Below the pieces are notes generated by a model. The model was not told where the DNA came from. It was given only the letters and a program-made list of their open reading frames with translations, and did not search any database. Below are positions 33,544-44,797 of a stretch of DNA of 64,000 nucleotides, piece by piece. The stretch is taken from contig CAWFGE010000021.1 in assembly GCA_963815195.1 (NCBI GenBank), positions 32,001 through 96,000 of the forward strand. Direction: 5' to 3'. The first letter of the stretch is position 1. Each line of letters starts with the position of its first letter. This DNA is from an uncultured Planctomycetaceae bacterium. GTDB taxonomy: Bacteria; Planctomycetota; Planctomycetia; Planctomycetales; Planctomycetaceae. Both the position numbers and the translations under genes were made by a program.

Positions 33544-34419
33544 CTAATCCCGATCTGCGAGATAGGCTTCGAGAATCGCGCTGTTGTCGGCGTCGCCGAA
33601 TCCCAATTGCTCGGCAAGTTCCAACAACTCGCGATGCACCCGGCTGAGCGGTGTGTTGATGCCGGACTGCTCCGCCAACGCCAGGATCAACCGCACATCC
33701 TTGAGGTGCTGGGACAAGCGGGCTTCCGGCTGCCAATCGCGGCAGACCATCTTCGCGCCCTTGGTTTCCATCACCGCCGACATCGCCGGGGTTTCTTTGA
33801 GAATCTCAAGCGCCGTCGCCGGCGGGAATCCCAGCGATTCCGCAAAACATAGGCCCTCCGCCAGCACCGCCCGGTGCAGTCCCAGCAGCAAATTGTGCAC
33901 CAGCTTGAACCGCGAAGCCGAGCCCGCCGGCCCTAAGAAAACCCAGGCGCGGCTCAAAACGTCCAACAGCGGTTGGACGGACGCGATCGATTCCTCATCA
34001 CCCCCGACAAACAGCGTGGCCGTGCCCGCGCGGAGTTGCCGGCTCGAACCCGCGACGGTGGCTTCCACATAATTGACGCCGAGGCCGCGAAGCCGCTCGG
34101 CCGCCGCGGCCATTTCGTCCGGATCGCCCGTGGTCGTATCGATCACGATCGGATTGTCTTGGAATACGGACTGACATTCCTCGAGCACCTGGGCCGCGAT
34201 GCCGCTGTCGGGCAGGCTCAGGAGAATCGTTTGGCATTCGCGAAAAACATCGGATGCCGATGTCGCGACTCTTCCGTGGAGCTTTGAGAGTTGCTCGCGG
34301 CGGGAGGCGTCCCCATCGAATCCCAAGACCGCGTGGCCATGCTCCAACAGCCGTTCCGCGATGGCGGTCCCCAGAAGCCCGACGCCGATCAAACCCACGG
34401 GTGTCCGGTTTTCGCTCAT
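33544..34419 (-). CDS. 3-hydroxyisobutyrate dehydrogenase-family NAD(P)-dependent oxidoreductase
   Basis: GLIGVGLLG, IDTTTG, FKLVHN, KDVRL. Confidence 0.9.
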   Translation of the reverse strand: MSENRTPVGLIGVGLLGTAIAERLLEHGHAVLGFDGDASRREQLSKLHGRVATSASDVFRECQTILLSLPDSGIAAQVLEECQSVFQDNPIVIDTTTGDPDEMAAAAERLRGLGVNYVEATVAGSSRQLRAGTATLFVGGDEESIASVQPLLDVLSRAWVFLGPAGSASRFKLVHNLLLGLHRAVLAEGLCFAESLGFPPATALEILKETPAMSAVMETKGAKMVCRDWQPEARLSQHLKDVRLILALAEQSGINTPLSRVHRELLELAEQLGFGDADNSAILEAYLADRD

Positions 34420-34453
34420 TGATTCCTCAATCCGGGTTTCGAACGATGTTCGA

Positions 34454-35107
34454 TCAGGAAACCAAATCCAACGTGGACCACACGCTGGGGTCGTGCGAGA
34501 ACGGGAACTCCTCGCCCACGGTCAAAAACTGCTGCCCCAGCTCGGCATCCTGCAGATGGTAATAAAACCCCAATTGCGGGTTGGCTTCGGGCTCGTAGCC
34601 CGTCAACACCTTGGCGGGCAGCCAGGCTTCCAGGCGGTAGCCGTCGCCCGTGATTTCGGATTGGATCAGAAAATCCTCGCGGTCCGCCAACTTGCGAACG
34701 TCCCGCGCGCGGGCGATTTCGAGTTCGATCGCCGCGGGGTCCGCGGATGTTTCATCGGTCCTCGGCAGGAAGCAAAAATGATGGCAATACCGGCTGGCCC
34801 GGTGGATGGTCTGCGTGTTGCGGGTGTCCACCCAAAGCTGCAGTCCATCGCTGGTGGCCGGCCGGTCGTCCCGGCTGCTCACGGGCATCTTCTTGCCGCG
34901 GACTTCCACCGACACGCCGAACCCGTTTTCGTTCCAGGCCAGCCGCACGTCGCCAAACGCGCGGGCCTCGTCGGAAAACGTCAACCGGGGCAGCCGGCAA
35001 CTCTCGGGCAGTTTCAACAACGCTCCGCGTTTTCGCGGCAAGCCGGGCTGATAAGCCACCGGAATTGCAAACCGGAAAAAAAACGCGGGCGGCAAAACTT
35101 TCGTCAT
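34454..35107 (-). CDS. CBM9/DOMON-like domain protein
   Basis: DVRLAWNENG, SDGLQLWVDTR, GYRLEAWLP, PSVWSTLDL. Confidence 0.65.
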   Translation of the reverse strand: MTKVLPPAFFFRFAIPVAYQPGLPRKRGALLKLPESCRLPRLTFSDEARAFGDVRLAWNENGFGVSVEVRGKKMPVSSRDDRPATSDGLQLWVDTRNTQTIHRASRYCHHFCFLPRTDETSADPAAIELEIARARDVRKLADREDFLIQSEITGDGYRLEAWLPAKVLTGYEPEANPQLGFYYHLQDAELGQQFLTVGEEFPFSHDPSVWSTLDLVS

Positions 35108-35283
35108 CAAATCGCAATTCCTGTTCGAGGGATCAACGGGCCGGTTGGTTTCTGGTATTGTATGCAGGACAGCCGCGAAGGGAACACGGAAGAGACACAC
35201 TTCCGCCAGTCGATTTCCGGACTCCGCTTTTTTATTCTGAAACTGTCTTTCACCAAAACCGTTTTTCCAGGAGATCGCCAACC

Positions 35284-36156
35284 ATGTCGAACCGTGCCGC
35301 GACCGAGTACCGTTATGAAAAGCTGACCTGGCCGGAGATCAACGATGCCGTGGAGTTGGGCAAGGTGTGCATCGTGCCCTGCGGCGCGGTGGAACAGCAT
35401 GGGCCGCATCTGCCCTTGGATGTCGATTTGGTTTGTCCGCTCGGCGTCGCCCACGGAGCCGGCCGCGCGGCCCCGGAAGACATTTTGGTTTTGCCGATCA
35501 TCAGCTACGGCTACACCGGGCACGTGATGGATTTCCCCGGCACCATCAACTGCCATTACGAGCACTTCATGCACATGGTGCTCGACGTGGCGAAGTCGCT
35601 CGCATACCACGGGTTCAAAAAGATCATTCTGCTCAATGGGCACGGCTCGAACATGCCGAACCTCGACCTCGTCGCCCGGCGGGCGAACCTGGAAACCGAC
35701 GCCGAGTGCGTCCGCACCGGCTGGTGGCAGTTTCTGATGGTCGACCCCGAATTTATGCCGAGCTGGCGGGAAAGCAAGTTCCCGGGCGGCATCGCCCACG
35801 CCTGCGAGTTGGAGACGTCAATGTATCTTTACCTCGACGGCGAGAATGTCCGCAAGGACAAAATCAAAAACGGCGTGATCAGCTTCAACGAAGACAACAG
35901 CCCGTTCAACTATGTCGATCTGTTCGCCCACGGACCGGGGACGGTTGTGTCCTGGACGAGCAGCTACAGCGACACGGGGGTGTTGGGCGAAGCCGAGCTC
36001 GCGACGGCCGAGAAAGGCGAGCGGGCCTGCGACGAAGCGGTGAAGCAGCTGGTCAATTACGTCAAGTATTTCAAGAACCGCCCCAAAGACCAGCGGAAAG
36101 ACCGCCACGCCAAGCCGCCCACGATGCCGATCCCCTGGGGGCAGCGGGATCTGTGA
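35284..36156 (+). CDS. Creatininase-family amidohydrolase
   Basis: LTWPEI, GAVEQHGPHLPLDVD, FPGT, NGHGSN, HACELETS. Confidence 0.92.
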   Translation: MSNRAATEYRYEKLTWPEINDAVELGKVCIVPCGAVEQHGPHLPLDVDLVCPLGVAHGAGRAAPEDILVLPIISYGYTGHVMDFPGTINCHYEHFMHMVLDVAKSLAYHGFKKIILLNGHGSNMPNLDLVARRANLETDAECVRTGWWQFLMVDPEFMPSWRESKFPGGIAHACELETSMYLYLDGENVRKDKIKNGVISFNEDNSPFNYVDLFAHGPGTVVSWTSSYSDTGVLGEAELATAEKGERACDEAVKQLVNYVKYFKNRPKDQRKDRHAKPPTMPIPWGQRDL

Positions 36157-36176
36157 GTCTTTCTTGCATTCCGCAT

Positions 36177-36255
36177 GAGGATGGAGGTTGGAGGATAGAG
36201 GTTAGAAACTCTTCATCCACGTTCCTCTCATCTCCATTCTCTAACCTCCATCCTC
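36177..36255. repeat. Heptamer-periodic inverted repeat (hairpin)
   Basis: GAGGATGGAGGTTGGAGGATAGAGGTTAGA ... TCTCATCTCCATTCTCTAACCTCCATCCTC. Confidence 0.7.
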
Positions 36256-36310
36256 TGACCCTGAGCTTTTGACGAGACTGCGAAGACCGACTCGGCCCAG
36301 TGGGGAAACA

Positions 36311-37950
36311 ATGACAGCGCTCGATTGGTTGATCGTGCTTTTGGTCAACGGTTCGATTATTGCCTATGGGCTATACCTTGTGCGCGGGACGCACACCAGC
36401 AGCGAATGGTTTCTCGCGGGCCGGTCGCTCCCCTGGTGGGCCGTGGGGTTGTCGATGTTCGCGACGAATGTCGATAACGCGGACCTCGTCGGCGTCACCA
36501 GCAGCACCTTTAAGGAGGGGATTCATATCATCTCGGTCTATACGATCGGGAGCGCGGTCGGCGGGATCCTGGCGGCGTTTTTCGTCGTGCCGGAAATCAG
36601 CCGCCGGGGGTTTTATACGAACGCCGAGTATCTCGAAGCCCGCTACGGACCGGCCGCCCGGGTTTTAAGCGCGCTCATTCAAATCCAATACCGCACCAGC
36701 ATGCTGGGCATGATGATCTGGTCCACGTATCTCGTGCTCACGCAACTGGTCGATTTGCCGCCGAGTCTCGCCTGGACGCTGATTGTCGCCTTGGTCATTC
36801 TCGCCGGGCTCTACACCGCCTGGGGCGGGCTCAAGTCGGTCGTGTGGACCGACTGGCGCAAGGCGTGGTGATGATCATCGCGGCGCTGGTGGTCTTCGGC
36901 ACGGTCTGGAACGTCGTCGGCGGTTGGTCGGGCCTCGAAGAAAAACTCATCGCCCAGGACGCCCGCACCGGGAAGCACCTGGCCGACCGCATGCACGTCG
37001 GCGGATTTCGCGGCGATCATGACTCCGTCTCGCCCTACTTCATCGTGCTGGGCTGGACCATCGTCGGCAGCGGGTATTGGACGGTGAACCATACGCAAAC
37101 CATGCGGCTGATGGGCGCGCGGTCCATCGCGGACATGAAGTACGCCGCGATCTTCGGCGTGCTGTTGAGCCTGCCGGTGATGATTATCTCCGCTTGCCTG
37201 GGCGTGTTCGCCCACGGCATCGAGAACCGGCCCGACATGCTGCCCGACGACATTTACCCCTGGATGGCCAATCGGTTTTTAGAGCCCGGCATGAAAGGCA
37301 TCGTCGTCGCGGGCATGGTCGCCGCAGTCGTGAGCACGTTCGATTCGATGGGATCCGCCCTTTCGGCGATCTTCACCCGCGACGTTTATGCCCGGCTGAT
37401 TGCTCCCAACCGCTCGGACCGGCATTACGTCATCGTCGGCCGTTTGGCGACGGCCGGCGTCTTGTTGATCGGCTTCGCGTATTTGCCGTTCATCTGGAAG
37501 CAGGAGCACATGATCAAAGCGTTTACCACGCTGATCCCGGTGTTCGTGACGCCGCTTTTTATTGTTTATATGTTGGGTGTCTTCACGCGGGTGCACCGAA
37601 AAAGCGGGATCATCGGCCTCGCTTGCGGCGCGATCTATGGCCTTGTCGCGCTTTACGATCGACAATTCAGCGATGTGTCGTGGCTGCCGACGTGGTTTAC
37701 CGAGCGCTGGGTTGCCTATTCCTGGTCGATCCTGTTTACGCTCGTTCCGATGCTGTTGGTCACGGCGGTCCTGGGGGCGGAAGACGTCGCCGCGGATGAG
37801 GCGTGGACCGAAACCGGCTGGCTCGAACGCAGCCGGGAAGAATTGCCGCCCTTTGCCCCGGAAGGCAAATCCTCCTCCGCAAAAGCCAACCTGCTGGCGG
37901 TGGCCCTCTTGCTGTTCTGCGCCTGGGTCACGCTGGTGTGGTTCTGGTAA
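36311..37950 (+). CDS. Sodium:solute symporter (SSS) family transporter, frameshifted near 36852
   Basis: FLAGRSLPWWAVGLSMFATN, EYLEARY, GGLKSVVWTD, AAVVSTFDS. Confidence 0.92.
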
Positions 37951-38186
37951 ACGGCGAGGGGAGAGGAATTCCCCCGATTCCAAGCGTGCGAGTTCAAACG
38001 GCACTCCGCTTTCCTCTGATGACTGAAAATTCTCCCATTTCGCGGCGTATAGGGGGAATGCTATTCTGTCCCCACGATCACAGCCGAATTCTCTGAACTC
38101 CAAAACCAATTCCGCCGTTTTTCCAAATCATGGGGCACAGAATCATTGGAATTAGGATCCCACGAGACATAATTGTCTCATTTTAT

Positions 38187-38258
38187 TAGCCGCAGGGCGC
38201 TAGCCCCGGTTCGAGAGGAGAACCGGCCCCGCGTGAACGCGCAGGTCGGCGGCGATGG
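38187..38258. repeat. REP-like palindromic element upstream of smpB
   Basis: TAGCCGCAGGGCGCTAGCCCCGGTTC ... GAACCGG...CGGCGGCGA imperfect hairpin. Confidence 0.45.
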
Positions 38259-38327
38259 CAAACATGATGTTGTGCCCCGTGATTTAGTTGTTCAAATTCA
38301 TCCGTTTGGATCTGCAAAGTTCGATTC

Positions 38328-38819
38328 ATGAGCAAACAAAAGAAGAAAAAAAAGACGCAGGAAGATCCCAATTCGCGGGTCGTCTGCCGGAACCGCAAAG
38401 CCAGCCACGATTACGACCTGCTCGATGAGCTGGAATGCGGCGTGGTCTTGAAGGGTAGCGAAGTCAAGAGCGTGCGGAACAACAAAATCTCCATCGACGA
38501 GGCCTATGCCCGGCTGCGCGACGGGGAGCTTTGGCTTATCGGCAGCGACATCGCCGAGTATCCGCAAGCCAACGTGATGAACCACGAACCCAAACGGCCC
38601 CGGAAACTCCTGCTCCACAAACGCGAGCTGCGAAAGTTCGCCGAGTCCGCCGACCAGCAGGGCTACACGCTGATCCCGACGGCGGTGTATTTCAAGCGGG
38701 GCATCGTCAAAGTCACAGTGGCGGTCGCGCGAGGGAAGAAGGTGTACGACAAGCGCGAGAAGCTCAAACAGCAATCCGACCGCCGGGAAATCCGCAGCGC
38801 CCTGATGAAGCGCACATGA
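38328..38819 (+). CDS. smpB: SsrA-binding protein SmpB
   Basis: NRKASHDY, GVVLKGSEVKSVR, NHEPKRPRKLLLHKRE, ARGKKVYDKRE. Confidence 0.97.
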   Translation: MSKQKKKKKTQEDPNSRVVCRNRKASHDYDLLDELECGVVLKGSEVKSVRNNKISIDEAYARLRDGELWLIGSDIAEYPQANVMNHEPKRPRKLLLHKRELRKFAESADQQGYTLIPTAVYFKRGIVKVTVAVARGKKVYDKREKLKQQSDRREIRSALMKRT

Positions 38820-38867
38820 AGCTTCATTCCCCGCCCGGGTGAGTTTTACAAAAGAAGATAGAAACTT

Positions 38868-38900
38868 GGGTGGCACGTCCCTGAGGAACGAAGGGCGTGG
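38868..38900. repeat. Short REP-like dispersed repeat, copy 2
   Basis: GGGTGGCACGTCCCTGAGGAACGAAGGGCGTGG matches 21877-21911. Confidence 0.6.
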
Positions 38901-39263
38901 TCTTTGCGATCGCCGTTTGGATGCAACGACCGGATCACCGATCGACTCTTTGACTCGTTCTTCATCTGGAGAAGTTTTGCGGGCGAGCGTACAATTCCGG
39001 TGCGCGGTCCGAGCAGAATCCATACCCAAAACCGGGCGATTCGCGTTCGATTTGGAGAACCGCAAAAATCCCACGCCGTCCCCTTTGCAAAGCTGCCTTC
39101 GCTTGTTCTACTGAGGGCACAAAACACGGCGGTTTCGATCTCGGTTTTTCTGGAAAATGGCCAACGACGGCGATGGGGTCGCCCATCGCATTTTGGCGAC
39201 TCGGAGTCGCAGTTTTCCAAACCGTGACAACATAAAATCAACCGAACTGATAGCGATACCAAT

Positions 39264-42200
39264 ATGCCCTCAGCCAAAAAGACGCAGAGGTCCCGTTCCG
39301 CAAAAACCAATCCCCCGAATCCCTTGACGATTCTGGGCTATCTCAATTTCTCCGCCGGCGAGCCGAATGCGGATTTTCGCCGCGAACTCAACCGCGCGGC
39401 GTGCGAGTTCGGAGCCGATTGGACCCCCGCCGCGGTCCGCCGCTGGCTTGAAACCGAACTGTCCAACGCGAAAGAAACCGCGGCGGGTTTTGCCGACGCC
39501 GCCCAAGCCGTCCAGGTCATAGGGCTGGTGTTTGAGGATTGCGTCCCCGCGTATCGCGCCCATCACGCGGATTTGCTGTTCCATCTCGAAGAGTGCGATT
39601 TTTACCAGGCTTTCTTTCTGGCCACGGTGTTTGAGGCGGTGCTTCAGCAGGGCGGGCCCTGGGACGAAACGCCCCGCATCGTCGCCGGGGCGCTCGATCA
39701 TCTTAACGATTTCTCGGGGTATCGACCGCTGGCGGTTTTGGAGAACGGCCGGCAGATGGAGCCTTACCCGCACGAACGCTTCCGCCCGGTGCCGCTTTAC
39801 TTTCACAATGCAGGCGTCGCCTGCGGGCGGTATCAAGAATTGATCGAGCGCACGATCCGGTTCTTCGAGGAAACGCCCTTGGACATTCAGCACCAGGCCT
39901 ATTTCGACTGGACCCGCATGGAAGAGCTCGCCGTCGATGTCCGCGCGCACGATCATCTGCATCCCGTCAACAAGCGCACGAACTACATGTTCGGCGAATG
40001 GGATCCGGGCCTCGTGAATACCAAAGGCTACTTCACGCGGTTCATCGTCCGGCAGATTATTTTGGATGCCCTGTTGAACTGGATGGCGGAGACCCGCCGC
40101 TCGAACAAGAATCTGCCCGAAGAGGAGATCCTGTTCGACGCCTCGGCGGTGCTCTCGGGCACGATGTTGATGGCGTCGTCCATCAGCGGTTCGGGGCCGG
40201 GGATTCATGATTCCTCCATCACGTTGACGTCGCTGTTGCCGCGGGTGGCGCATCAGCGGGATGCGTTTTATGCCCGCCTCCTGGAAGAAGCCAAAGGAGC
40301 CCGGGCCCAGCGGCTGCTTAAAGAAGCCCGGCAAACGCAGCAGCCGTTCGGCCACGTCCGGCAGCGGCTGAATATCGAACTGGCGAAATACGGCGCGAAG
40401 CAGATGCAAACCCGGCATCTCGCGCAGATGTTCGCCCGCATGGGCTACCCGGAAGCCAGCCGCCGGCAAGCGAACGTGATTCCCTCCGCCGCCGCGCGAT
40501 TCGAGTGTGAAATTCAGTGGCGGATCACCGACGCCCACCGCGAAATCGAGCACGGCCAACTGGACACCGCCGTGGTCCGCATTCGCGAAATTGAAGATCA
40601 CTTGCATCGCGGCATCGAATGCGGGGCGTTGATCGATCCGTGGAACATTTTGGGCTTTCAGGGGCAGTTCCCGCTGTTTACGTCGCGGGAAGATGCGCTG
40701 CACGACATCCGGGCCGTGGAACTGATCGAGACGATGGAACGCATTTTCGCGGTGTATTCCCAGACGCTCAGCGAAGCCGCGGCCCAGGGCAATTCCCGCG
40801 TGCAACAGGAATTGTCCGAGCGGTTTGAATCGCTCGCCGCGTGGTGGGACAAGTTCGCCACGACCACCGTCACCGACCTGCCCGAGGTCTCGGGAGACGA
40901 CAGCGTGCAATCGGCCCGGCACGTGGCGGAGACGCTCAGTGCCTGGCAAGAGGCCGGTGCCGCGGCGGGAGACATTTCGTTCTGGAAAAAGCACATCGAC
41001 CGCTTCCAATCCGCCAAGGCCTATGCGGCTCGTTGTCGATGCGTTGCTCGAGCGGGGCGACCAGGTGGCTTCGATGGCGCTGTTGATGCAGTGGCTCAAT
41101 CAGGCGGAGTTCGTGGGGCTCGACTCCGGGCCGTATTCCATCTTTTCGCGGCAGACCGCGTGGATGCGTCTGGCCGTCGCCGAGACGCCCGGCGGCTCCC
41201 GTCAGTCGGGCGAAGAACTCGAGCGGCTCGTGTCGCGGATGTTCGCCTATCTGGAAGCCAACGCCGGCGAGTTCTGGCACGTGCCTTCTTTGGCCAGTGC
41301 CGCGGGGCTGTCCCGGGGGCCCAAGGAAGAAGCCGCGTCCTCCGGGCTTGAGGAAGAGTTGTTCGACGAGGACTTGGATGAAGAGGAAGACGACCTGTTC
41401 GCCGCGGCGTATGACGACATGATCTTCCGCGACAGCGCCGACGACGGGCGGATGAGCGACACGGTGGACGAGGGCGGCCGGGCGGACGACACGTCGTTCG
41501 AAATCATCGCCCGCTACCTGGAACCCAGGCTCCACTTTCTGGAGACCGTCGCGGAGCTTTGGCAAATGGCCGCCGCGGGCCTCGCGCCGCATTTGGTCCC
41601 GCCATCCTGTTCCCGCACCCTGGCGCATTCCCGCCCGTCGGTGGAATTCGAAGGCCAACTCCAAACCTGGTTGGGCCAGGCCCGGCGCTGGCAGCAGGGA
41701 CTCCGGCAACTCAGAAAGGCGATTTGGCAGCGGCCGATTTCCCTGCCCTCGGGCGATCACGATTCCAATGTGGAATACGACGAGCAACTGCAAACCAAAT
41801 ACTATCTGCTGCACGGCATCATCTCCACGGACATCAATTGCGAAACGGCCGAGCGAACGCTCCAAAGCTGCCTGCCGCAGGACGCCGTTTCGGGATACAT
41901 CGAAACGTTGCCGGATGCCCAAACCCGCTTTGCGATCGTCGAGATTTACCGCGGGATCCTCACCCACAACGCGGCATTGGTCAAACGCGGTCTGCCGGAG
42001 TTGTTGGACAGCCTGATCAAGCAACCGCTGCTCTATGTGCCGCTCAACAACGACGGCGAACCGGAGCAAGTGCGGGCGGCCCAGTCGCTGCAATCGTTGA
42101 TCCGGTTTCTCTTGATGCAGCTGCCCCGGCTGGGTCTCTTGCAGGAAACCTGGACTTTGCTCAAAACCGCTTACCGGATGGAGCGCAAATCCCGGCCCGG

Positions 42201-43470
42201 CGGGCAGGCCGTCACCGAGTTCGACCAGCTCTTCCGCACGGCCCTCCGAAATTCCCTCGACTGCGTGATCCGCTCATCCAAGCGCTGGCGCGTCAGCCGC
42301 GGGAAGCGTTCCCCTTTTCCGCGCGGCTGCTCGAGCGTGTTCCGCAACAGGCGGTCTTCGCGGGGCGTGCCCGTCAATCGGCGGCGGAGAAAACCTCAAA
42401 AACGCCGGCCTGCGGCGGCCAGCGGTCTCCGCGCGATCAACGTGTCCTCCCGGCGGAAGGCCGAACGCAATTTGCTCCTCATCAAAATGGTCAGCGAAGT
42501 CGTCAAGCGGTATTCGGGACTGTGGATCAAACACAGTCGGACGACCCGGCTCTCCACCGTGGAAAACCTCGCCGACACCGCCCTTTGGCGAGAGGTCAAA
42601 GACTTTATCGAGGAGTACGGGGCGGAATTGTTTCATGCGCGGATGCTGACGCTGGGCAACTTGCGGGCGATTTTGCACAACGGCATCGGCCGGTTCCTGG
42701 AATACCTCGCCGAGCACGACGACCCCTTGCATCCGATGCCTTTGCTCGACGACATGGAAAGCGGCGTGATCGATCCCGATCAGGTCGTGGAGTATCTGGA
42801 GCTGATTTACGGGTCCGTCGTGGACCGCATGGACCGGTTCGTGGAATACAACACGACCACGACGCAGTCGGATTACGGCGAACGGTTTTATTGCTTTTTG
42901 GATTTTCTCCGCGCGGAAGCCGCGTACGAGCGCGACGCCTGGAACCTGATGCCCTTCAACATCGCGCACGAGGAACTCGCCCTGCGGGGCCAGCACGCCG
43001 CGGCTCTTCTGTGGGAGTCGGTCTTCCGCGCCAAAAACAGCCGGCGCACGGCGGACCACATCAAGCGCCTCAATCGGCTCGAAAAAGAGCACGGCATGCA
43101 TTTGCCGGCCCTCACCGACCGGATCGAGGAGCGGTTCGTCAAGCCGTTCGCCGTCAATCGCATGGTGGCGCTCGTTCCGCAAGCCGTCGCCGATGCCCGG
43201 CTCAACTTCCAGACTTCGCGGAGTTTCGAGGCCTTGGAACGCGAGATCAAAGACTATTTGCAAACGACGTCGGGATCGGGCATCGATGTCGCCCCCTGGC
43301 TGCGAACGCTGGAGAAAGAGGTCGAGGATACATCGACTCGCGAAGAATCCAATCCCACCGCCCCGACGAACGTTTCGTCTCCGATCACGGTCGCCCTCAG
43401 CCTGCGGACCATGCAGCGTCAGCTCCACATCTGGGGCCGGGATCCGGACAAAAAACGCGCCCGCAAATAG
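39264..43470 (+). CDS. Large (about 1400 aa) hypothetical protein, frameshifted near 41030
   Basis: Two long overlapping ORFs with host codon usage; motif-like segments LGYLNFS, NYMFGEWDP, DPWNILGFQGQFPLF, EYNTTTTQSDYGE. Confidence 0.8.
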
Positions 43471-43500
43471 GCGCCGCCTCGTTTTTCAAAGGATGGAATG

Positions 43501-43661
43501 AAAAATCCGAAATCCGAATCTCAAAATCCGAAACAATTTCAAAATCCGAATGTCCCAAACAAATCCGACCATTGATAAAGCGCGCCGGACACCGGAGGGT
43601 TTGGAAATGGGGATTTCGGTCGTTCATTGGGATTTGTTTCGGATGTCGTGCTTCGGATTTG
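43501..43661. repeat. Heptamer (AAATCCG)-periodic long inverted repeat
   Basis: Left arm AAATCCGAAATCCGAATCTCAAAATCCGAAACAA...CCAAAC; right arm GTTTGG...TTTGTTTCGGATGTCGTGCTTCGGATTT. Confidence 0.75.
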
Positions 43662-43714
43662 CATCATAACACTCGCTCGTTGAGATAGGATTTGTTGCAC
43701 AGAGGAGACGTCTT

Positions 43715-44676
43715 ATGGACATTGTGACGATCACCGACCGCGGGTCCGGTGCGACGGCGAAGATTGCGGCGGGCTTGGGGTTTAACTGCTTTGAGTTCAT
43801 CGTTCCCGCGGACGAGCATCGCGTGGCGGTGATCGATGCCGCGGCGGACTTCGCCCAAGGAAACCAAAGCCCCAGCGGCCATGGGATTCCGATTCTGTTT
43901 CCTTATCCAAACCGCATTCGAGGCGGGCAATATCGTTGGATGGGACAGGAATATCATCTGCCGCCGGGCAAGGTGGCTTACAACAAGGACAACGCGATTC
44001 ATGGATTCTGTCTCGATCGTCCCTGGCGGGTGACGGAGCGGGGCGAGAATTTCGTCACGGGCGAATTCCAACTCAGCAAAGACGCCCCGGACCGCCGGGA
44101 TTTCTGGCCGGCGGACTTCCTGCTGGAGGTTCGCTACCGATTAAACGGCCGGGCGCTCGCGCGGACATTCGCGCGACCAACCCGGATATCGTGCCCTTGC
44201 CTTGGGGGTTTGGGACGCACCCGTACTTCAAGCTGCCTTTGATTCCCGAAAGCGATCCGGCCCGCTGCGTGCTCGAAGCGCCCGCCTCGGAGCAATGGGA
44301 ATTGATCGACTGCCTCCCCACGGGAAAAAAACGCCCGATCCCGCCGGAGATCGACATCCGCCGGGGCGCGTATTTCGATACGCTCAAGTTGGACGATGTG
44401 TTCACGGGGCTTCCCGAAGGCCCCGAACTGATCTCCTCAACGATCTGGGACGAGCGGGCGGGATTACAGATCGAACAGTTGACCGATCCGGTGTTTCGGG
44501 AACTCGTGGTGTATATGCCGCCGGGCCGGGCCGCGGTCTGCTTCGAGCCTTACACCTGCGTGACGGATGCGATCAATCTCGAGCCGCAAGGCATCGATGC
44601 GGGCTGGAAATCGCTCGAACCCGGGCAAACGTGGGATTCCTGGATCGAAATCCACGTCAACCGGATCATCGTTTAG
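43715..44676 (+). CDS. Aldose 1-epimerase family protein, frameshifted near 44160
   Basis: PILFPYPNRI, NAIHG, GFGTHPYF, LDDVF, CFEPYT. Confidence 0.92.
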
Positions 44677-44797
44677 GCTCTTGAGGGCGTATCGGAAACT
44701 CGATCAACGGTTCCACGTCGGAAGAGAGCGACTCGACGGTGCCGTGATATGCCGCCGCCGGTCGCCGTATGGCTCGAGATTCCAGATTAAGTTGGAG

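Noticed and set aside
38820..39263. tmRNA (ssrA) next to smpB
   Set aside because: No tRNA-Ala-like 5' GGGG...GAC end, no TTCGA-TCC...CCACCA 3' end and no tag ORF found; the region holds a REP-like repeat instead
43501..43661. CRISPR array or small CDS
   Set aside because: Degenerate 7-mer periodicity with inverted arms, not a repeat-spacer structure; the overlapping ORFs are low-complexity artefacts
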